Under the pieces are notes generated by a model. That model saw only the letters and a list, made by a program, of their open reading frames with translations. It had not been told where the DNA came from and did no database searches. A program made the translations under genes and the position numbers. Positions 1-10,555 of a stretch of 32,000 nucleotides of DNA are shown here, in pieces; positions within the stretch are counted from its first letter, which is position 1, and each line of letters opens with the position of its first letter. The stretch comes from Hyphomicrobiales bacterium (GTDB lineage Bacteria; Pseudomonadota; Alphaproteobacteria; Rhizobiales; Methyloligellaceae), in the NCBI GenBank assembly GCA_028280515.1, contig JANQLP010000162.1, positions 58,092-90,091 on the forward strand, in the 5' to 3' direction.

Positions 1-2
1 GA

Positions 3-950
3 GATCTCGGTTTCGATGGGGTGAGCGGCACGAGCGCAGGCGCCGTCAATGCCGTCGCGCTGGCCGCCGGGCTGATGGACGGTGGGACGGACGGCGCACG
101 CGAATGTCTGCACGACATCTGGAGTGCCATCAGCCGCGCCGGCGCGCCGACGTCCCACCCCGGCTCTCCTCTTGCCTATTCCGCAACCGCCAAGCTGTCC
201 GGCGCGCTCATGCAGCGCAGTCTCGAGCGCATCGGCGGCGGATGGTCGCCATACGACGTCAATCCGCTCAACCTCAACCCGCTGCGCGACATATTGCTCG
301 CCAGGATCGACTTCGAAAAACTGCAGCGCGAGTCCCCAATTACCCTGTTCATCGCGGCTACCGAAGTTGCGTCAGGCCGGGGCCGTGTGTTTCGAACACA
401 GGAGATCAGCGCGGATTCGGTCGTGGCATCTGCCTGTTTGCCCAACCTGTTTCCAGCGGTCCGCATCGGCCGCTTCTATTATTGGGACGGCGCCTTCTCG
501 GCAAACCCGGACCTTCTCACGCTGATATCCGAAACCAGGAGCGACGACACGCTGCTTGTTCAGATCAGTCCCGACCGCGATCCGGACCTGCCGTCCAACC
601 GCGAGGAAATCTCCGGAAATATTGGCCGCCTGACCTTCAATCATCCTTTGCGGACGCAGGTCCAACAGATCGAGGTCTGCCGGCGCGTTCCGCGCATCCC
701 GTTGCTGACCGACAATGCGGTCAGCCGCATAGGCCGCCATCGCTTTCATCTGATCGATGGCAGTCCGCATACGCTCAAGCTGTCGCGGGACACGAAACAC
801 AGGCCGGACTGGCACATGATCGAAGGTTTGCGCGACGTCGGGCGCCAGACCACCATCGAATGGTGCGAAACCCATCTGGCCCGCGTCGGCAAACGGCCCA
901 CCGCGGACCTCTACGGAAAGTACTTCTCCGACAGGGTGCCGTTCGACTGA
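3..950 (+). CDS. Patatin-like phospholipase family protein, 5' end truncated by window start
   Basis: Frame is open from base 3 (DLGFDGVSGTSAGAVNAV...), with the GTSAG nucleophile elbow and a DGAFSANPD motif (patatin catalytic Asp region). The gtg at 21 is internal, so the true start lies upstream of the window. Confidence 0.85.
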   Translation, partial: DLGFDGVSGTSAGAVNAVALAAGLMDGGTDGARECLHDIWSAISRAGAPTSHPGSPLAYSATAKLSGALMQRSLERIGGGWSPYDVNPLNLNPLRDILLARIDFEKLQRESPITLFIAATEVASGRGRVFRTQEISADSVVASACLPNLFPAVRIGRFYYWDGAFSANPDLLTLISETRSDDTLLVQISPDRDPDLPSNREEISGNIGRLTFNHPLRTQVQQIEVCRRVPRIPLLTDNAVSRIGRHRFHLIDGSPHTLKLSRDTKHRPDWHMIEGLRDVGRQTTIEWCETHLARVGKRPTADLYGKYFSDRVPFD

Positions 951-983
951 GCCTTGCAGAAGGCCCAAGGCTGAGCCGGAAAA

Positions 984-1691
984 TCACCACGGGATGTCGG
1001 AACCGTCATAGGCAACGAATGCTCCTTCAGCCGAGGGTTCCGCGCGGTTCATCACGTCAAGCAACATTTGCGCAGAATACTCCGCCTCGAACCGCTCGCG
1101 GTCGGCGGCGAACGGCTCCGAGAGCCGCGTTTTCACCGTTCCCGGATGCAGCGCAAGGCAGATGGCATCTGGGCGCTTGCGGGAAATCTCGATGGCGGCG
1201 GTCCTCAGGAACATGTTGAGGGCCGCCTTGGAAGCGCGATAGCCGTACCATCCACCAAGGCGGTTGTCGGCGATGCTCCCGACGCGCGCCGAAATGGTCG
1301 CGAAGACACTGCGTCCCTTACGCGGCAACAGGTGGTGAAAGTGCTTCAGCAAAAGCAACGGCCCCGTTGCATTGATGGCGAAGGCGCGCGCGATCACCTC
1401 CGGATCGACCTGGCCGATTGATTTTTCCGGGCGCATCGCTGGATCGTGCAGGATGCCGGTGGCGTCGACGATCAGATGCACGTCGCCCCGGGCGGCAAGT
1501 GAGGCGGCGGCGCGTTCGATGGAGGCTTCATCCTCGAGATCCAGCGGCGGACGGGACGACCGGCTCAACCGGACTACGTGACCGCATCGCGGGTCGCGCT
1601 CGAGAAGCGCGACAAATGCACTCCCCAGGCCGCCTGTGCTGCCGACCACAATCGCTGTAAAGCCTTTCGGGAAAGCGGAAAGCTCGTTCAT
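984..1691 (-). CDS. SDR family NAD(P)-dependent oxidoreductase
   Basis: MNELSAFPKGFTAIVVGSTGGLGSAFV (glycine-rich Rossmann motif), GWYGYRASKAALNMFLR (YxxxK) and HPGTVKT. Start trimmed from the 444-aa ORF to the internal ATG at 1691. Confidence 0.88.
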   Translation of the reverse strand: MNELSAFPKGFTAIVVGSTGGLGSAFVALLERDPRCGHVVRLSRSSRPPLDLEDEASIERAAASLAARGDVHLIVDATGILHDPAMRPEKSIGQVDPEVIARAFAINATGPLLLLKHFHHLLPRKGRSVFATISARVGSIADNRLGGWYGYRASKAALNMFLRTAAIEISRKRPDAICLALHPGTVKTRLSEPFAADRERFEAEYSAQMLLDVMNRAEPSAEGAFVAYDGSDIPW

Positions 1692-1832
1692 ATTGTTGAA
1701 ATCGCCCTGCAATTCGCTGCAACCGGGTACGGTCCCGGTCTGTCTGCGGATCATCCGACCACCGCCAGCGGGTTGATCCGGCCTGCCATCGATGCCGTAA
1801 CTACGCTGTGCGCAAATGACCAGAGGCTCCAA

Positions 1833-2612
1833 GTGCTCCGCAAGGACATTCTGAAATCCTTCTCCCTCGACCGCTCGACGGCGAGCGAGGAAGAAATCGC
1901 GAGCTTTACGCGGCTTGCGCAGGAATGGTGGCGGCCCGACGGCGCGTTCAAGGTCGTGCACAGGTTCAATGAAGCCCGCCTTGACTATCTGATGGCGCTT
2001 TTGCCGAAGGCATTTCAGCTTCCGGATAACACAAACCGTCCACTTGACGGTCTCCGCATCGTCGACGTCGGGTGTGGCGCGGGCCTCGCGGCCGAGCCCC
2101 TGGCCCTTGCCGGCGCGCGGGTCGTCGGCATCGATCCCGTCGAACGCAACATCGAGATCGCCCGGCATCATCTGGCGGAGTCCGGCGCGCGCGTCGACTA
2201 TCGGCATATGCTGCCTGAAGACCTCGCCCGAACCGGCGAGACGTTCGACGTGGTGCTGTCGCTGGAGGTGGTCGAACACGTGGCGGACGTTCCGCTGTTC
2301 CTCGCCTCCTGCGCGCAACTCGTGGCACCCGGCGGCCTGCTGGTGCTGGCCACATTGAACCGGACGCTCAGATCATTTGTGTTCGCGATCGTCGGCGCGG
2401 AGTATGTGCTCCGTCTCCTGCCGCGCGGGACGCATGACTGGCGCAAGTTCATTTCGCCAATGGAATTGCTCCGGCAACTCGAACCACACGGCCTGCAGGA
2501 ATACGAGCGAACCGGCATGACGTTCAATCCGCTGCGCCGGACGTTCCGGTGCACGCGGGATGTCAGCGTCAACTACGTCCAGGTCTTCCGGCGCCCTTCG
2601 ATGGACGCGTGA
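1833..2612 (+). CDS. ubiG: UbiG-like 3-demethylubiquinone-9 3-O-methyltransferase (SAM-dependent)
   Basis: EIASFTRLAQEWWRPDGAFKVVHRFNEARLDYL, VDVGCGAGLAAEPLALAGARVVGIDPVERNIEIARHH and the C-terminal GLQEYERTGMTFNPLRRTF...VNYVQVFRRP are typical of UbiG. Start is uncertain: GTG 1833 chosen, ORF open from 1578. Confidence 0.85.
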   Translation: MLRKDILKSFSLDRSTASEEEIASFTRLAQEWWRPDGAFKVVHRFNEARLDYLMALLPKAFQLPDNTNRPLDGLRIVDVGCGAGLAAEPLALAGARVVGIDPVERNIEIARHHLAESGARVDYRHMLPEDLARTGETFDVVLSLEVVEHVADVPLFLASCAQLVAPGGLLVLATLNRTLRSFVFAIVGAEYVLRLLPRGTHDWRKFISPMELLRQLEPHGLQEYERTGMTFNPLRRTFRCTRDVSVNYVQVFRRPSMDA

Positions 2613-2665
2613 GCGTTTCATCAAACATATAGCCTACAGGGCATTCTTGATCTGGCGGATGCCCG

Positions 2666-3283
2666 CTACACCTTGTCGGAGACGCGCGTCGCGTGCGGTT
2701 TCATCTCAAGGCAGATCTTGATCAAATCACGGATCAGCGGTGCATTCGTGGTTATCGGCGTCGAGAACCACCCGGCGAGGTTTCCATTTGGCGCAATGAG
2801 GTACTTGTAGAAGTTCCATCTGGGCACCGCATTCTGGCCGGCAACCACCCGTATTTGCCGGAAAAACGGATGCATGGCCTCTCCCTTGATTGAAACCTTT
2901 GCCGTCACCGGAAACGTCAGTTTGAGTTGTGATCGGTAGGCTTCATAGACGGTTTGATCGTCACAAGGCTCCTGATTGCCGAAATCGTTCGAAGGAACCG
3001 CGAGGACGACCAGCCCTTTACGTTGCAGATCGTCATAAAGGGATTGCAAATCCGCGAACTGGCTCTTGAACCCGCATCTCGACGCGGTGTTCACCACAAG
3101 CACCGTCTTGCCTGTCAGGCTCGACAACGCAAGCGGTTCGCCGGAGATTTGCGCGAAGGAAATATTGTTCACGCGATTGCCGACTGAAGCCGGATCGAGG
3201 ATCGCGTGCTTGGGTGCGAAGAGCAGCGACAAGGCCGAGAGAAGAGAACCCGCCATTCCGTTTTGCTTCTGCAGGTCGGCCAC
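2666..3283 (-). CDS. Glutathione peroxidase family protein (Cys type)
   Basis: GKTVLVVNTASRCGFKSQFADLQSLYDDL...VLAVPSNDFGNQEP...NFYKYLIAPNGNLAGWFSTPITTNAP, a canonical GPx motif set. Hydrophobic N-terminus. Confidence 0.88.
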   Translation of the reverse strand: MADLQKQNGMAGSLLSALSLLFAPKHAILDPASVGNRVNNISFAQISGEPLALSSLTGKTVLVVNTASRCGFKSQFADLQSLYDDLQRKGLVVLAVPSNDFGNQEPCDDQTVYEAYRSQLKLTFPVTAKVSIKGEAMHPFFRQIRVVAGQNAVPRWNFYKYLIAPNGNLAGWFSTPITTNAPLIRDLIKICLEMKPHATRVSDKV

Positions 3284-3646
3284 TTTCGCGGCGCGCCCCT
3301 TTCATAGTCCTTTCAACAAACCTCAGCCCGTCGACCCCGACATTTCCGTTCAATTGTGGCGAAACACCTGTCACACCGTCAACCAATCGCACGTTCAGGG
3401 CGGCTCCTCAGATAAATTCGTCGTGTAAGCCGCGTGTGATCCGCATGGTTGATGGCCGCGTAAGCAAAAGGCGTGTGCGGCCCTCCCCCCTCCCGCCGTA
3501 CCGCACTCAGGGGATCGGCCGGCATCTGTGGCGGATGCTCGGCCGGTTTTCCCTTCCGGCCCGCCCGAGTGCACCGTTTCTCGATCATACGCCTCCCTCT
3601 TGCGCAAACCTCGCCCATTCCTTAGGGCTTCAGCCTGACCCGCGGA

Positions 3647-4333
3647 GTGAGCGACATGCATATCGGTCTGATTGGCGGCATCGGCCCCGCCGCAACTGAA
3701 TTCTATTACCGCGGCCTCGCCCGCGCCCATGCGTCCGCGGGAGAACGCATGGACCTGACGATTGTCCATGCGGACGTCCGCGACCTCTTGCGCAATGCGG
3801 CGAGCGGTGCGAAGCGGGCGCAAGCCGAGATCTATCTCGGGTTCGCCAAGCGGCTTCAGGCGGCCGGTGCGCAAGCCGTTGCCGTCACGTCCATGGGCGG
3901 GCACTTCTGCATTGAAGAACTGGAAGAGGTTTCGCCTCTGCCGGTCATCAACGCCATACCCGCGCTCGACGGCCATCTGGCACAATCAGGCGTGAGGCGC
4001 GCCGGGCTCATCGGCACGCGCTATGTCATGGAGACAGGCGTCTATGGCGGGGTCTCGGCAGCCGAGTTCGTTCTGCCGCAGGGCGACGACCTGGAGCGCG
4101 TTCACAACACTTACATCGCCATTGCATCGTCAGCGTCCGTAAACCAAGCACAACGCGCCTATCTGTTCGAGGTAGGTGAAGCCCTCTGTCGTGAGCATGG
4201 CGCAGAAACGGTCATTCTCGGCGGTACCGATCTGTTTCTCGCCTTCGAAGGCCAGAACTGCGGGTTCCCGGTCATTGACGTAGCGGAAGTTCATATCGCC
4301 GCGCTCTATCGCGCATCGGTTGGGGCCAGATAA
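3647..4333 (+). CDS. Aspartate/glutamate racemase family protein
   Basis: HIGLIGGIGPAATEFYYRGL...AVTSMGGHF...RRAGLIGTRYVMETGVYGG...VILGGTDLFLAF. The family has two catalytic Cys regions; here they read 'TSMG' and 'LGGTDL'. Confidence 0.85.
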   Translation: MSDMHIGLIGGIGPAATEFYYRGLARAHASAGERMDLTIVHADVRDLLRNAASGAKRAQAEIYLGFAKRLQAAGAQAVAVTSMGGHFCIEELEEVSPLPVINAIPALDGHLAQSGVRRAGLIGTRYVMETGVYGGVSAAEFVLPQGDDLERVHNTYIAIASSASVNQAQRAYLFEVGEALCREHGAETVILGGTDLFLAFEGQNCGFPVIDVAEVHIAALYRASVGAR

Positions 4334-4343
4334 CCAGCGCCGC

Positions 4344-5024
4344 TCAGGTCTGCTGGTTCGCCAATGCCTCCAGGACCGCGTTGGTGGATGCCCTGACATG
4401 CTCTTTCAGATACCGCCGCGCGGCCTGCATCTGCCCGCCACACATCAGACCCAACAGCTCCCGATGCTCGTCGAGTGACGTCTCGGCGTGCCGGCTGTGC
4501 CTCCACATGAACCCGAGATACCGCACATAGCGTTGGCGCAACTGTTGCACGATGTGAAGTGTGATCGGACGTCCGGCTGGACTGTAGATGGCATTGTGAA
4601 ATGCCTCATCGGCTTCAAGACGCGCAGGCACGTCGTTGGCCTGTATCGTGAGAGCAATGGCCGCTTCGGCACGCCGGCGATCCGTCGGACCGAAATTCCG
4701 AGTGGCCGCCGCCACCAAGTCGGGTTCCAGCTGCAGGCGCAGGCGCGCCGTTTCCGCCGCTTCCGCCTTTTCCAGCAATGGCACGCGCACGCCGCAGTTC
4801 ACCTGATAGGTGACGAGCTCTTCCGACGCGAGCTGACGCAGGGCTTCGCGCACCGGCGCCTGGCTGACGTTGAAGCGCTGGGCGATATGGTCCTGCCTGA
4901 GGGGTTCGCCGGGCGCGAGGACGGCGGAAAGAATGTCCTTGCGCAGTTGTGCCGCGATCTGTTCGGCGATGGACCGGCGCGGCTCCGTGCGCAGGCCGTC
5001 TGTTTCAGTCACACCTGGTGTCAT
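4344..5024 (-). CDS. GntR family transcriptional regulator (FadR/FCD subfamily)
   Basis: SIAEQIAAQLRKDILSAVLAPGEPLRQDHIAQRFNVSQAPVREALRQLASEELV is a GntR wHTH, followed by an FCD-like helical domain. Start trimmed from the 457-aa ORF to the ATG at 5024. Confidence 0.88.
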   Translation of the reverse strand: MTPGVTETDGLRTEPRRSIAEQIAAQLRKDILSAVLAPGEPLRQDHIAQRFNVSQAPVREALRQLASEELVTYQVNCGVRVPLLEKAEAAETARLRLQLEPDLVAAATRNFGPTDRRRAEAAIALTIQANDVPARLEADEAFHNAIYSPAGRPITLHIVQQLRQRYVRYLGFMWRHSRHAETSLDEHRELLGLMCGGQMQAARRYLKEHVRASTNAVLEALANQQT

Positions 5025-5054
5025 TGTCCTTGACCGATATCGTTTGAGTTCAAT

Positions 5055-5073
5055 ATTATCGATTATCGATAAT
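5055..5073. promoter_or_regulatory. 19-bp perfect inverted repeat ATTATCGAT-T-ATCGATAAT, candidate GntR operator
   Basis: Read directly: 9-bp arms around 1 nt, in the 69-bp divergent gap between the GntR gene and the HAD gene. Confidence 0.7.
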
Positions 5074-5093
5074 TTCTCACACACGAGTCTCTG

Positions 5094-5798
5094 ATGCAAG
5101 CGCAGGACTATGACGCCATCACCTTCGATGTTTACGGCACCCTGATCGACTGGGAGCCGTCCATTCTCTCCGCACTGGACGCGTGGACGACGTCCAAAGG
5201 CACACAGGCTGACAAGGCTGCGCTGCTCGATGCGTTTGACCGCGCCCGCGCGCATTATCAGATGCTTGCCCCGGCACGTCCCTATCCGAAGATCCTGCGC
5301 TCGTCTTTCGCCTACATAGCCGATGAGCTCGATCTGGACGTGGATACAGACACACAGGCGCGGTTCGGAAGCTCTGTCGGCAACTGGGACCCCTATCCGG
5401 ACAGCGTCGCCGCACTGGCGGAGTTGCGCAAGCGCTTCGTCCTCGGTGCGCTGACGAACATGGACGATACTTCTTTCGCAAAGAGCCATGCCAAACTCGG
5501 CAACTGCTTCGAGGTTGTTGTCACCGCAGAGCGCGCCGGCGCCTACAAGCCCTCGCTTCGCCATTTCGTACTCGCACTCACCGATCTCGCAAAGCGGGAT
5601 ATCCCGCCCCAGCGCGTCCTCCACGTCGCCCAGAGCCTGCGCGCGGACGTCCGACCGGCCAACCTGCTCGGTCAGGATGTCGTATGGATCAACCGCGCGG
5701 GCCGTGGTTTGGGCCATGCGGGCTTCGGGGCGGAACTCGCCGAACCGATGGCCACATTTGCAACCATGGACGCGTTCGTAGTCTCACTCATGCAGTAG
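5094..5798 (+). CDS. HAD superfamily hydrolase, haloacid dehalogenase type II-like
   Basis: DAITFDVYGTLIDWEPSIL (HAD motif I), LGALTNMDD (motif II region), AGAYKPSLRHF (motif III Lys), VLHVAQSLRADVRPANLLGQDVVWINR. Confidence 0.85.
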   Translation: MQAQDYDAITFDVYGTLIDWEPSILSALDAWTTSKGTQADKAALLDAFDRARAHYQMLAPARPYPKILRSSFAYIADELDLDVDTDTQARFGSSVGNWDPYPDSVAALAELRKRFVLGALTNMDDTSFAKSHAKLGNCFEVVVTAERAGAYKPSLRHFVLALTDLAKRDIPPQRVLHVAQSLRADVRPANLLGQDVVWINRAGRGLGHAGFGAELAEPMATFATMDAFVVSLMQ

Positions 5799-5898
5799 AA
5801 CGTTTGCCGCCTGCCATATGAGGGCCGGGTACCAACACTCCGGCCCTGTCCTTCGGATTGCGCAATCTCATCTCTGATTGTGGACTGAGTTATCCACA

Positions 5899-5927
5899 TG
5901 TTCATGGAACCGTCACGTTCCCGTCGT
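5899..5927 (+). promoter_or_regulatory. Candidate PHO box: 11-bp-phased TGTTCAT-GGAA-CCGTCAC-GTTC-CCGTCGT
   Basis: The last two units match CTGTCAT-N4-CTGTCAT at 10 of 14 positions by eye; a weaker third unit precedes them. Lies about 80 bp upstream of the ptxA-like start. Confidence 0.35.
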
Positions 5928-6009
5928 CCCCGTTTCACACAGCCTCATTAATTAACAAATCGAATTCGTTGGGATGCTTCATTGCATTCTGTAATCGATT
6001 GAGGCTGCA

Positions 6010-7676
<1,667 letters not shown>

Positions 7677-7780
7677 CGTGACCGTCTGTTTTTGAAAGAC
7701 GCACTACCTGGCGATGCCGGTTTGTCAGTCGTCCGGCATCGCCGCACTCGTTCCAGGGCCGATGAGCGGCGAGGCAAACA

Positions 7781-8587
7781 ATGTCAGCAAGCAACGCAGC
7801 ATACGATGAGCTCCTGCGCAAGGAGCGCCAGACCTGGCTGAAGGCGTCTGTTCCGGGCGCCATTGTCATCCTTGCCATTGCGATCAGCGCAGGACTGACG
7901 GGTCTGCTGGATTTGAAAAGGCTCGGCCAGGGGCTGCCCGCCATCGGCGTGCTCGTCGGTGAAATGTTCCCGCCGGACTTTACGTCAGCCCGGGACTGGA
8001 TCAGGCCGATCTTCGACACCCTTGCCATGAGCATTGCCGGCACCGCGCTGGCCATCCTGCTGTCGCTGCCGCTGGGCTTCCTCGCCGCCAAGAACACGAC
8101 CCCGCACATCGCCATCTATCATGCGACCCGCGTCGTTCTGAATTTCCTGCGGTCGATCCCGGAGCTGATCATGGGCATCATTTTCGTCGCCGCCGTCGGG
8201 TTTGGGCCGCTGCCCGGTGTCTTGGCGCTCGGGCTGCACTCTGCGGGCATGGTCGGCAAGTTCTTCGCGGAATCCATCGAGCACGTGGACCCCAAACCGA
8301 TCGAAGCCGCCGTGGCTGCCGGCGCTACGCCGTTTCAGGTCGTCCAATACGCGATCATTCCGCAAGTTCTGCCCCAATTCGCGGACGTCACGATCTATCG
8401 CTGGGAATACAACTTCCGTGCATCGACGATCATGGGAATGGTCGGCGCCGGCGGAATCGGCCTTGAATTGATGTCGTCGCTCCGCCTCATGCAATATACC
8501 GAAGTCTCTGCCATCCTGATCACCATTCTCCTGATGGTGACCTGCGTCGATGCGATCGGCGCTACGATCAGAAAGGGCCTGAAGTAA
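7781..8587 (+). CDS. ptxC: Phosphite/phosphonate ABC transporter permease (PhnE/PtxC type)
   Basis: Multi-pass protein with LLSLPLGFLAAKNTTPH, RSIPELIMGIIFVAAVGFGPLPGVLALGLHSAGMVGKFFAESIEHVDPKPIEAAVAAGATPFQVVQYAIIPQVLPQFADVTIYRWEYNFRASTIMGMVGAGGIG. Confidence 0.92.
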   Translation: MSASNAAYDELLRKERQTWLKASVPGAIVILAIAISAGLTGLLDLKRLGQGLPAIGVLVGEMFPPDFTSARDWIRPIFDTLAMSIAGTALAILLSLPLGFLAAKNTTPHIAIYHATRVVLNFLRSIPELIMGIIFVAAVGFGPLPGVLALGLHSAGMVGKFFAESIEHVDPKPIEAAVAAGATPFQVVQYAIIPQVLPQFADVTIYRWEYNFRASTIMGMVGAGGIGLELMSSLRLMQYTEVSAILITILLMVTCVDAIGATIRKGLK

Positions 8588-8614
8588 CGCAGCGCGGTTC
8601 ACGGGCAAATCCAC

Positions 8615-9637
8615 ATGAAACCCAGAGTCCTCATAACCAATTGGGTCCATCCGGAGGTCGAGCATTTTCTCGCAGAACATTGCGCGGTAACTGCAAATCC
8701 GGACAGGGATGCTCCTTTCACGCGTGAACAAATTCTTGCTGAAGCGAGCGGCCTTGAAGCTCTTATGGCATTCATGCCCGACAGCGTGGACGACAGTCTG
8801 CTCGCAGGCCTGCCCGATTTACGTATCGTTTCTTGCGCCCTGAAAGGGTTTGACAATTTCGACGTCCACGCCTGCAGCCGGCGTGGTGTCTGGTTAACGA
8901 TTGTGCCTGACCTTCTGACCGACCCAACCGCCGAATTGGCAATCGGGCTCATGATATCGGTCGGCCGCAATATCGGCGCCGGCGACAGATTCATGCGAAC
9001 CGGAGGCTATGCGGGCTGGCGCGCACGCTTTTACGGCACCGGACTTGCGGAAAGCACGATCACGCTTGTCGGCATGGGCGCGGTCGGTCGCGCCATCGCC
9101 CGCAGGCTGACCGGGTTCGGTGCGCGCATCCTATATGTCGACCGAACCGCACTCGAGCCGGAGTTGGAAGCCGAACTGGGAGTTGAAAGGTCCTCCCTTG
9201 AAGAAGCGTTGCCGCTCAGCGATTTCGTGGTTCTGGCATTGCCTCTGACCGGTGTCTCAGAAGGTCTGTTTGACGGGGGCATGATCGCTCGTATGAAACC
9301 GGGAAGCTTCCTGATCAATCCGGGGCGCGGATCGCTCGTCATTGAAGAGTGCGTCGCCGATGCACTGGCGAGTGGTCATCTGGCGGGATACGCCGCGGAC
9401 GTATTCGAAATGGAAGACTGGGCGCGGACCGGAAGGCCGCAGCATGTGGCAGACCGGCTGCTCGACGATTCTGACCGAACGTGCCTGACCCCGCATATCG
9501 GGTCGGCGGTCGACACGGTCAGGCGCGACATCGCCATGGAGGCGGCCATTCACATAGTTCAGGCCATCGAGGGTCGCCGACCCGATGGCGCCGTAAACAA
9601 TATCGATCATTTCCAACAGGTGGCCGTTCAACAATAA
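8615..9637 (+). CDS. ptxD: Phosphite (phosphonate) dehydrogenase, D-2-hydroxyacid dehydrogenase family
   Basis: Compared with recalled Pseudomonas stutzeri PtxD: MAFMPDSVD, CALKGFDNFDV, RGVWLTIVPDLLTDPTAELAIGL, RFYGTGL, NPGRGS, GYAADVFEMEDWARTGRP and TPHIGSAV are near-identical signature stretches. Confidence 0.92.
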   Translation: MKPRVLITNWVHPEVEHFLAEHCAVTANPDRDAPFTREQILAEASGLEALMAFMPDSVDDSLLAGLPDLRIVSCALKGFDNFDVHACSRRGVWLTIVPDLLTDPTAELAIGLMISVGRNIGAGDRFMRTGGYAGWRARFYGTGLAESTITLVGMGAVGRAIARRLTGFGARILYVDRTALEPELEAELGVERSSLEEALPLSDFVVLALPLTGVSEGLFDGGMIARMKPGSFLINPGRGSLVIEECVADALASGHLAGYAADVFEMEDWARTGRPQHVADRLLDDSDRTCLTPHIGSAVDTVRRDIAMEAAIHIVQAIEGRRPDGAVNNIDHFQQVAVQQ

Positions 9638-9653
9638 CCGCTGGTCCTCAATC

Positions 9654-10520
9654 ATGCTCAACCTGGTCCATGTGCGCTCCTTCATTGCCGTAACGGAATG
9701 CGGCAACTACCGCGATGCATCCCGCAGACTTGTCTGTTCCCAGCCCACGGTCTCGCAGCACATCATGAAACTTGAAGCGGCTCTCGACTCGGTACTCGTC
9801 GTGCGCGACCGGCAGCGCTGCTCGCTGACCGCCGAGGGCAAACTCTTTCTGCCTTTTGCGCGCAGCCTGCTGCGCCTCGCCGAGCGCGCTCAAAGCGTAC
9901 TTCGTGATCGTGTGCTGTCAGTTGGTGCGAGCGGCAATATCGGCACCTATCTTCTTCAGCCTTATCTGCGGTCGTTCAAGCAAACACTGGACCGGAACGT
10001 CTCTATTGATGTCTGGATCGGCACGAATCCGGAGGTCGCCGATCGTCTGGCTAATCATGAGATCGATGTCGGCATCATGGAGTGGTGGGATGATCGTCCG
10101 AATTTCACCGCGACTCAATGGCGTCAGGAACCTCTGGTAATCATCTTTCCACCCGAGCATCCCTGGCGAGCGCAGCGATCGGTCGAGATGGACCAGCTGT
10201 TCGCGACGCCGCTGATTGGCGGAGAACCGGGCAGCGGCACCGGGAGCATCATAAGGGATGTCTTTGGACCGGATACGGACAAATTGCGGGTCGAGCTTCA
10301 ACTGGGCAGCACGGAAGCTGTCAAACATGCGGTCAAGGCCGGGCTCGGCGTATCTCTGGTCATGGAAAGCGCCGTTCGGGACGAAGTCCGTGCCGGATCA
10401 TTATGTGCGCTGCCGCTCGACGGCGTCGAGATGAAGAAGAACATCTATATCGTGCAGCGCGCCGGTCAGCCCTCGATGTCGCTCGCGCCCGGATTTGCCG
10501 ATCACCTCGCCCACGCCTAA
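9654..10520 (+). CDS. ptxE: LysR family transcriptional regulator (PtxE-like)
   Basis: MLNLVHVRSFIAVTECGNYRDASRRLVCSQPTVSQHIMKLEAAL HTH plus a LysR effector domain. Same strand, 16 bp after ptxD. Confidence 0.82.
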   Translation: MLNLVHVRSFIAVTECGNYRDASRRLVCSQPTVSQHIMKLEAALDSVLVVRDRQRCSLTAEGKLFLPFARSLLRLAERAQSVLRDRVLSVGASGNIGTYLLQPYLRSFKQTLDRNVSIDVWIGTNPEVADRLANHEIDVGIMEWWDDRPNFTATQWRQEPLVIIFPPEHPWRAQRSVEMDQLFATPLIGGEPGSGTGSIIRDVFGPDTDKLRVELQLGSTEAVKHAVKAGLGVSLVMESAVRDEVRAGSLCALPLDGVEMKKNIYIVQRAGQPSMSLAPGFADHLAHA

Positions 10521-10555
10521 CATGCTATAGTGCGTTTTTGATCAGGAAGATCGTC

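Noticed and set aside
104-1219. 371-aa plus-strand ORF
   Set aside because: Out-of-frame overlap with the patatin gene and antisense to the SDR gene; Arg-rich shadow translation.
1692-2318. N-terminal extension of the SDR ORF (to 2318)
   Set aside because: Antisense to ubiG; the SDR domain begins at the internal ATG 1691 with a standard Rossmann start.
5025-5717. N-terminal extension of the GntR ORF
   Set aside because: Antisense to the HAD gene; the GntR wHTH starts just after the internal ATG at 5024.
3647-5798. Complete phosphonate catabolism (phn/C-P lyase or phosphonatase) locus
   Set aside because: The HAD protein carries dehalogenase-type rather than phosphonoacetaldehyde hydrolase motifs, and no C-P lyase or aminotransferase genes are seen; phosphite dehydrogenase explains the transporter better.
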